DNA of 45,333 bases. It comes from Deltaproteobacteria bacterium. Lineage in GTDB: Bacteria; Desulfobacterota; Syntrophia; Syntrophales; Smithellaceae. The stretch covers positions 1 to 45,333 of the forward strand of contig DSAV01000102.1 of assembly GCA_011046295.1 (NCBI GenBank), given 5' to 3'. The notes beneath the pieces were generated by a model. It saw nothing but the letters and a program-made list of their open reading frames with translations, made no database searches and was not told the DNA's origin. The position numbers were made by a program, and so were the translations under genes. Positions 1 to 6,099 of this stretch are shown one piece after another (positions within the stretch are counted from its first letter, which is position 1; each line of letters begins with the position of its first letter).

Positions 1-209
1 CCAGCTAATTTCCACATTTCATTCAATTCTTTTCATGTTTCATTAAATGATTATTAGCAGGAAGGGGGTTATTGTGTCTTTTTCTGACCAACGGTATACT
101 TTAATATTCAATAATATCAGTATATTATAATTTATTATTATTTTCTAATCATTTTGGCATGATCTTTCCATTATCTAAGGGCAAATAGATAAGAAGGAGG
201 CAACAGATC

Positions 210-485
210 ATGAAAAAGACATTAGGAACAATGATGGTAGCGGCGGTGGTGGTTGGCTTAACCGCAACTTTTGCTTTTGCCGAATACGCGGCGACAGCAG
301 CAGGCGCTTTCCCTTACTTCCAGTTTGGTTGCCTGGTAGTTGGCGGTTTGATTGTCGTTTCTTTAAAACGTAAATTCGAGCAGATGTATACCACGGAAGC
401 GGTCGGTGTTTTCGCTCTATACACTGTTTTGATGGCTCTTTTCACCAATCCGGTGATTGAAGCGGTCAAAACAATGGTCAGCTAG
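210..485 (+). CDS. small exported or membrane protein, function unknown
   Basis: 91-aa ORF with an AAGGAGG RBS at 194-200. It has a signal-like N-terminus (MKKTLGTMMVAAVVVGLTATFAFA) followed by two hydrophobic segments. No family recognised. Confidence 0.4.
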   Translation: MKKTLGTMMVAAVVVGLTATFAFAEYAATAAGAFPYFQFGCLVVGGLIVVSLKRKFEQMYTTEAVGVFALYTVLMALFTNPVIEAVKTMVS

Positions 486-527
486 GATAAAGAAAAAGAA
501 CAAATCTGAAGAAAGGGGGAACAGGTC

Positions 528-767
528 ATGCAGGCAACGCAAAAGACACAACATGAAAAGTATGCAACTTTCGGTGGAGTACTGATGCTTTCCGCCTGGG
601 GGTTCGCGATGGTCATTGCTTCTTTCCTGTTCCTCTACGCCGGGCATTTGCTCGACGGCATCCTGGGCACGGCGCCCAACTTCATGCTGGGCTTCTTCCT
701 GCTGGCAATCTTTTTGTGCATCATGCGCTTCTACCAGGAAGCATGGAAAAAAATAAAGGATGTCTGA
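528..767 (+). CDS. AtpZ/AtpI-like small two-TM membrane protein (tentative)
   Basis: 79-aa ORF with a purine-rich RBS (aaggggga). It has two hydrophobic helices around GHLLDGILGTAPNFMLGFFLL, which resembles the G-x-llD-x-lGT-x-P-x-f core of the ATPase_gene1/AtpZ family. No atp genes are adjacent. Confidence 0.35.
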   Translation: MQATQKTQHEKYATFGGVLMLSAWGFAMVIASFLFLYAGHLLDGILGTAPNFMLGFFLLAIFLCIMRFYQEAWKKIKDV

Positions 768-886
768 TATCTCCCCCTCCTCACATAACCGCGAAAACAT
801 GATCTGAGAGTAGCCCCCCTTGAAGCAACGGCTGCAAGGAAAGGTAATAATTAAAAAAATCATTATAAACAAGAAATCAGACTATT

Positions 887-1438
887 TTAAATACTTTGAC
901 AAAACATTTTTCCAATCAGGCGAAGTAAGCTTACAAAACATGACGGGGCTTGTTCGTAGCGCGTCGGCACAAAATAAAATATCTTATTTTTCCCGTCAAA
1001 CACTTTCGAATCAATAATGATTATTCGTCGCATGTGATAAGGCGCACTTACAAATATCGCCGATTCCATATTATATTCGTCCATAGTTATGAGCGCTTCA
1101 ATCAACTAAAGATGCGTATTCTCGTATACACGCGACAGCCAATAATCACTTCTTACCTCTCGGGTCAAATTTGAAGTTGTTTTAAATTCCTGTGCCGTGT
1201 TCATATTCATAATTTTATTATAAGCAGGGATAGTCATATAGCCGGCCAGCCCTTCGTTGGTTAAACCACTTACTTCTTTTTTATGCCCGCTGAAGTCATG
1301 ACCCAGTATAAACACTATCGCTTCCGCTTTTTCAACATCGGATGAATAAAGCAAAAAGCGCGGCAAGCAAACCATGCCTGTGGCCAAAACGGCAATGGAT
1401 ATCATTAAGACAATTGCACATCTCCCCGGTTTTGTCAT
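887..1438 (-). pseudogene. DUF218 (YdcF/SanA/ElyC-like) gene interrupted by one in-frame TAG
   Basis: ORFs 1106..1477 and 887..1105 are contiguous in one frame and separated only by TAG (complement of cta at 1106-1108). The joined product reads ...RVYENTHL*LIEALITMDEYNMESAIFVSAPYHMRR..., with the DUF218-like VSAPYHMRR motif downstream of the stop. The likely start is the ATG at 1438 (MTKPGRC..., TM anchor). Confidence 0.55.
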
Positions 1439-1655
1439 GAAAACATCCTTGACATTACAAGTAATTACGTATATCAATCAAATATTATAGACGATATGTC
1501 AATATGCCGCGAATCAAATGAAATGTTTTTTCTGTCGTTTACGTATTAATTAGCAATACCGCTCTTACGAAGTCAAGTCATACAGGCAGGCGGTATTTTT
1601 TATTAAATAATTATAAAGCCGTTTTTGTTATTTTCTCAGGGGTCAAAAATAAAAT

Positions 1656-2729
1656 ATGGATAATTTCTTCATAGAAAATTCCTGTCCCGCTTTAAAAAAC
1701 AACAAGCCTGACACTTGTCTGTATACTTATATTATGGACAGCATCGACCTGGGTATTGTCATTCTAGGCGTAAAAAGGCGGGAAATTATTTTTAAAAATA
1801 AATTTGCTTCCGAGCTTTTTCAGGAAGAAGAAAACAAGCTCGGATACAAAGCTCTTATGACATTGCTTTTACCCGATTACGCCGACGTTCCGACAAAAGA
1901 TATTATCGGCAAAACCAATACACTTTGGCATAAAAGCCGTCTTCTGGGTTACACACCTTACATGATTTCGGATGATTTCATCTGGGTTATCATAAGAGAT
2001 ATAACAGAAAGAAGCCGCCTGGAATCCATTGCGGAAGCAGTCAGCTCCATGGAAAATATAAGCTACATTTTTTCCGGCATCCGCCATGAACTGGGAAATC
2101 CCATAAATTCCATAAAAATGACCCTGAGTGTCCTCAAAAGAAATCTCAGTCATTATTCGGTAAGCGCCGTGGAGAGGTTTGTGGATCGCGCGATGACGGA
2201 AATATCCCGCGTAGAGTTCCTTCTGCAGGCACTAAAAAATTTCAGTCTGTTTGAAAACCCGGATATACAGGATATTGAAATCGAAGATTTTCTGACTCGA
2301 TTCATTTCGTTGATCTCCAGCGACATGAATCAGGCAGGAATTAAAATCAGCCATGTATTAGTCCCTCCTGCGGAAAAAATCAGCGCGGATCCGCGCCTTT
2401 TGCACCAGGTTATCCTCAACCTGATAACCAATGCGACAGATGCTCTGCTGAACTGTGACAATAAACAAATAATGATCAGGGCCGAAAAGCAAGAAGGATT
2501 TGTTGCTATTGCCATTGAAGACAACGGAATGGGGATGACAGAGGAAGAACAAACTAATCTTTTCAAGCCTTTTTACACGACAAAACCTCACGGAACCGGC
2601 CTGGGTTTAATGATTGCCTTAAAAATGGTAACGCTCATGAAGGGCAATATGGAAGTTAAAAGCTATAAAGACATAGGAACAAAAGTCACCGTCTTCATTC
2701 CTGAAGGCAAGGATTATGGGCACAGTTAA
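1656..2729 (+). CDS. cytoplasmic sensor histidine kinase (PAS-like N-terminus, HisKA, HATPase_c)
   Basis: H-box FSGIRHELGNPINSI, N-box NLITNATDAL, G1 DNGMGM and G2 GTGLGL. No TM segments. The 3' end overlaps the next gene by 14 nt. Confidence 0.85.
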   Translation: MDNFFIENSCPALKNNKPDTCLYTYIMDSIDLGIVILGVKRREIIFKNKFASELFQEEENKLGYKALMTLLLPDYADVPTKDIIGKTNTLWHKSRLLGYTPYMISDDFIWVIIRDITERSRLESIAEAVSSMENISYIFSGIRHELGNPINSIKMTLSVLKRNLSHYSVSAVERFVDRAMTEISRVEFLLQALKNFSLFENPDIQDIEIEDFLTRFISLISSDMNQAGIKISHVLVPPAEKISADPRLLHQVILNLITNATDALLNCDNKQIMIRAEKQEGFVAIAIEDNGMGMTEEEQTNLFKPFYTTKPHGTGLGLMIALKMVTLMKGNMEVKSYKDIGTKVTVFIPEGKDYGHS

Positions 2730-4098
2730 AAGAAATATCCTTGTTGTCGATGACAACGATATTTTCTGCGAATCTGTTCGTGACATTCTTCGTGACGAAG
2801 GTACTGAAGTTTTTACCGCCAATACGGGAAAAGACGGCCTGAAAATCTGTCAGAATTCAAAAATTGACGTTGTTATCCTGGATCAGAAGCTTCCCGATGC
2901 CGAAGGTGTATCTCTCTGCCCTTCAATATTACAGCAAAATGACCAGGCAAAAATAATCTTTGTCACTGCTTATCCAAGTTTCAGCAACGCGGTGGAGGCA
3001 ATTAAAGTAGGCGCTCATGATTATCTTTCCAAGCCTTTTGAAATGGCCGAACTGGAACTTACCGTAAAACAAGCTTTTCGCACACAGGAACTCGAAAAAA
3101 CGGAACAAATTCTTAATTACCACGACAGCAAGGAAAGCGAAGAAATCGGTCTTATCTCCGGAGGGGGAGTATTTGAGGAAATTATAAAAATGATTGACTT
3201 GGCAGCCACAAGCGACGCGCCGGTTCTCATTACCGGCGAAACCGGTACCGGCAAAAATGTTGTCGCGCGCGCAATTCATCATAAAAGTAATTTGCCCAAA
3301 AAACTTTTTTTGACAACAAATTGCGCCGCCTTTCCGGAAAGCCTTATTGAAGCAGAATTATTTGGTTCGGAAAAAGGCGCTTTTACCGGTGCTATATCGC
3401 TGCGCCGCGGTATTTTTGAACTTGCTGACGGAGGAACTCTTGTTTTAGATGAAATCGGTTCCATGCCTATTCATTTACAATCAAAGTTATTAGGAGTACT
3501 GGAAGAAAAAAGGATTCGCCGTGTAGGCGGTGAAAATTTAAAGCCCATAAATGTCCGCGTAATTGCCATATCAAACAATGATCTGGAAGAAGCGATAAAA
3601 ACTAAACAGTTCCGTGATGATCTCTACTACCGGCTTGGCGTAATTCGCATTCATATACCGCCGCTTCGGGAAAGAAAACAGGACATCCCAAAATTATGCG
3701 AATATTTTATCGGAAAAATGACCAAAAACTCAAGTATCAGAATTCCCGAACCGGAACTCGACAGATTATTGGAATACAAGTGGCCCGGAAACGTCCGTGA
3801 GCTGAAGAACGTTATCGAAAGGGCACTGATTGTTCAACACGGAAATATTCTGAAGCCTTCTCAAATGCTGAACAGCGGCCATAGTTTTTCATCTTTTTCC
3901 ATTATAAATGATCAGGATAAGGGAGATAAAATTGAAACAATGGAGGCCGTGGAAAAGCGACACATCAAAAACGCTCTGATAAAATATCATGGCAATTACT
4001 CACAAACTGCCCGGTCTTTAGGCGTTTCTCTTTCCACCTTAAAGAGAAAAGTTAAAACCTATCAACTCGCTACTATAGGCAAAAATGATAACCCCTAG
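2716..4098 (+). CDS. sigma-54-dependent response regulator (NtrC/PilR-type enhancer-binding protein)
   Basis: REC domain (VVDDND...VILDQKLPD...SKP). AAA+ sigma-54 interaction domain with Walker A GETGTGKN, the GAFTGA loop (EKGAFTGA) and Walker B VLDEIG. C-terminal Fis-type HTH (QTARSLGVSLSTLKRK). Confidence 0.9.
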   Translation: MGTVKRNILVVDDNDIFCESVRDILRDEGTEVFTANTGKDGLKICQNSKIDVVILDQKLPDAEGVSLCPSILQQNDQAKIIFVTAYPSFSNAVEAIKVGAHDYLSKPFEMAELELTVKQAFRTQELEKTEQILNYHDSKESEEIGLISGGGVFEEIIKMIDLAATSDAPVLITGETGTGKNVVARAIHHKSNLPKKLFLTTNCAAFPESLIEAELFGSEKGAFTGAISLRRGIFELADGGTLVLDEIGSMPIHLQSKLLGVLEEKRIRRVGGENLKPINVRVIAISNNDLEEAIKTKQFRDDLYYRLGVIRIHIPPLRERKQDIPKLCEYFIGKMTKNSSIRIPEPELDRLLEYKWPGNVRELKNVIERALIVQHGNILKPSQMLNSGHSFSSFSIINDQDKGDKIETMEAVEKRHIKNALIKYHGNYSQTARSLGVSLSTLKRKVKTYQLATIGKNDNP

Positions 4099-4099
4099 G

Positions 4100-4122
4100 T
4101 CAAAATGACCTAGTCATTTTGA
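4100..4122. promoter_or_regulatory. perfect inverted repeat TCAAAATGAC-N3-GTCATTTTGA: candidate activator binding site and/or hairpin ending the kinase-activator operon
   Basis: The 10-bp arms at 4100-4109 and 4113-4122 are exact reverse complements. The repeat starts 2 nt after the activator stop codon, and its centre is about 78 bp upstream of the GG of the sigma-54 promoter. Confidence 0.4.
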
Positions 4123-4187
4123 TACTCAATTAATTGTCATCATCTTCTAAATTACGTATATCATTGATTATACAGCATTTTTATTTT

Positions 4188-4203
4188 TGGCATGACACTT
4201 GCT
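4188..4203 (+). promoter_or_regulatory. sigma-54 (-24/-12) promoter
   Basis: TGGCATgacacTTGCTt matches the TGGCAC-N5-TTGCW consensus with correct GG-N10-GC spacing. It lies 80 nt upstream of the ATG at 4284 and directly downstream of a sigma-54 activator gene. Confidence 0.65.
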
Positions 4204-4283
4204 TTTGTTTTTAATAAAAGCGTTGGTTAATTCTTTTTTATTAAAGAATAGAAAACTAAATCAAACAAAGATGGGAGATAATT

Positions 4284-5603
4284 ATGATTAGCGCGGCAAC
4301 TAATTTTGAATCCCTCAGACAAAGAACTGCTGCTTCGCCAGGTGACAATTTCCTGAAAGGAAAAACTTCACGTGTGGGCGAAGTCCTTATCGTCGATGAC
4401 GAAGAGCCCTTTGTTTTGAGCCTCGCGGACGGGTTAAGTGTTTATAAAAACTTTTTTAACTTGCGAACAGCGCCAAACGGGGCGGAAGCAGTAAAAATTT
4501 TAAAATTGTCCACGATTGACCTGGTTATCACTGATCTGAGCATGCCCAAAATGGATGGCTTTGAGCTTCTTGCCTACATGAACAGAAACTATCCTAAAAT
4601 ACCTGTTATTTTAATGACTGCTTACGGAACCCCAAAAATAGAAGAAATTGTTCAAAATATGGGGATTTTCCGTTATCTTGAAAAACCTCTCGATATTAAT
4701 TCCATCGCCGACAATATTTTCGACGCTCTGGGAATTAAAACATCACCGGCAGAAGCACTAACACAGGCATCAGACCAAAAACGTGAAGCAGGATCGACAC
4801 AACGTTTTGCTATTTCTACCGAAAAGATGATTCCAAAGCCCGATGATGATGCAGAGCCGGAAGCAGCGACAAAAACATCCGCAACTTTTGGTTCCCGTAC
4901 CAGCATATCTCTATCTGATTTGGAAAAGATAAAAGACGAAGCACGGAAAAAACAGGCAGCCAAGGGTAAGGCCATGAAGCCCTCGGCCGCGGCAGAAAAA
5001 GATGCCGCGGATGCTGCGGAAAAAAGAGCGATACTGGAAGCAAAAGCCAGGGCGGAAGCCGAAAGGATAGCTCGTGAAGAGGCAGAACGTAAGGCCCAGG
5101 AAGCCGAGGAAAAAGCAATACAGGAGGCCCGCGCCCGTGAAGAAGCGGAAAGAAAGGCCAGAGAAGCAGAAGAAAAGGTGGAAAAGGCCAGACAGGAAGC
5201 GCTCGCCCGTGAAGAAGCGATGAAAAGGGCAAGAGCGGAAGCGGAAACTCAGGAAAAAGCCAGACAGGAAGCGCTCGCCCGTGAAGAAGCCGCGCGAAAA
5301 GCCAAAGAAAAGGAAGCCGAGGAAAAGGCCAGACAGGAAGCGCTCGCCAGAGAAGAAGAAGTCAAAAAGGCAAGAGCGGAAGAAGAAGCTCAGGAAAAGG
5401 CCAGACAGGAAGCACTCGCCAGAGAAGAAGCCGCACGCAAGGCCAAGGACGAAGAAGAAGCAAAAGAAAAGGCACGGCAAGAAGCGCTCGCCCGTGAAGA
5501 AGAGCGCAATACAAGGCAACAGGCAGATGCTGAAACAAAAGAAGCGGCGCGAAAAGAGTTAAAATCAGAAACCAAAGAAAGGCTGAGTGCCTGGAAAAAA
5601 TAA
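4284..5603 (+). CDS. response-regulator receiver domain fused to a long A/E/K/R-rich repeat (coiled-coil-like) tail; FrzS-like architecture
   Basis: The REC domain has the acidic pocket VDDEE, phospho-acceptor context VITDLSMP, and LMTAYG and EKPL motifs. A low-complexity linker follows, then about 200 aa composed almost only of A, E, K, R and Q, with EKARQEALAREE recurring five times. GGGAGA RBS. Confidence 0.8.
   Translation: MISAATNFESLRQRTAASPGDNFLKGKTSRVGEVLIVDDEEPFVLSLADGLSVYKNFFNLRTAPNGAEAVKILKLSTIDLVITDLSMPKMDGFELLAYMNRNYPKIPVILMTAYGTPKIEEIVQNMGIFRYLEKPLDINSIADNIFDALGIKTSPAEALTQASDQKREAGSTQRFAISTEKMIPKPDDDAEPEAATKTSATFGSRTSISLSDLEKIKDEARKKQAAKGKAMKPSAAAEKDAADAAEKRAILEAKARAEAERIAREEAERKAQEAEEKAIQEARAREEAERKAREAEEKVEKARQEALAREEAMKRARAEAETQEKARQEALAREEAARKAKEKEAEEKARQEALAREEEVKKARAEEEAQEKARQEALAREEAARKAKDEEEAKEKARQEALAREEERNTRQQADAETKEAARKELKSETKERLSAWKK
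5181..5505 (+). repeat. five in-frame tandem DNA repeats with 69-72 nt period inside the CDS
   Basis: The unit gaaaaggccagacaggaagcgctcgcc(c/a)g(t/a)gaagaag recurs starting at 5181, 5253, 5322, 5394 and 5466, with only a few substitutions. Confidence 0.8.
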
Positions 5604-5637
5604 ATTACCTAAAATTAACTAAATAGGATGACTGCTT

Positions 5638-6006
5638 ATGAACGTTGCAAAACTAAACGAGACTGTTGAGCTGCTGAAAGAGAATTTAGGCGAAAGTCTT
5701 CTTTGTACAGCAATTGCCATGAATGTTGACGGACAGTCAATTGCCGGGTTTAATTCGACCCCAAAATTCGCCGCTTTGTGTGTCAAGATAATCAAAGTTG
5801 TCAATGACTCCGCTAAAATAGGCGGATTGCCACAAATTGGAAAATATGTTACCTTTGACCTGCAGGAAGACAGGGTTTTAGTCGTATTGCCTCTCGGTGA
5901 ATATATTTGGGGAATTCTTTTAGACAGCAACAAAACACAAATGGGGCTTTTGCTGAACATCGAAATACCCGCGGCAATCGAAGCATTCGCTGAAGCGATT
6001 TCCTAA
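5638..6006 (+). CDS. Roadblock/LC7 (MglB-like) domain protein
   Basis: 122 aa. The pattern LLCTAIAMNVDGQSIAGF...LVVLPLGEYIWGILLD...MGLL fits the alpha-beta-alpha Robl_LC7 layout. It starts 34 nt after the preceding gene on the same strand. Confidence 0.55.
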   Translation: MNVAKLNETVELLKENLGESLLCTAIAMNVDGQSIAGFNSTPKFAALCVKIIKVVNDSAKIGGLPQIGKYVTFDLQEDRVLVVLPLGEYIWGILLDSNKTQMGLLLNIEIPAAIEAFAEAIS

Positions 6007-6099
6007 GAAGATAGCGATTAAAGAATTCAGCAACACCTAATAGGTCAAGACTGTATAATTAATATAAAATTTAAAAAATAATTTCCTACGGAGAAAAAA

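Noticed and set aside
154-170. TGGCAT-N5-TTTCC upstream of the first small ORF, considered as a sigma-54 promoter.
   Set aside because: The -12 element lacks the GC dinucleotide at the GG-N10-GC spacing (it reads CC). No activator gene is associated with it.
1555-1601. AATACCGC ... GCGGTATT followed by a T-run, considered as a terminator or small RNA upstream of the kinase gene.
   Set aside because: The 8-bp stem encloses a 27-nt loop with no clear internal pairing. No plus-strand gene ends upstream of it, so the evidence is too weak to call.
5181-5505. Regularly spaced 69-72-nt direct repeats, considered as a possible CRISPR-like array.
   Set aside because: The units are contiguous with no unique spacers. 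They are in frame within a CDS and encode a repeating peptide. No cas genes are present.
4673-5575. Several long ORFs overlap the repeat-rich tail of the receiver protein in other frames or on the other strand (4673..4975, 4816..5232, 4911..5519, 5281..5562, 5390..5575).
   Set aside because: Their translations are low-complexity mirror images of the GAA/GCN/AAG-rich repeat (runs of F/L/S/P or K/R/P). They lack RBSs, and the sense frame carries a bona fide receiver domain.
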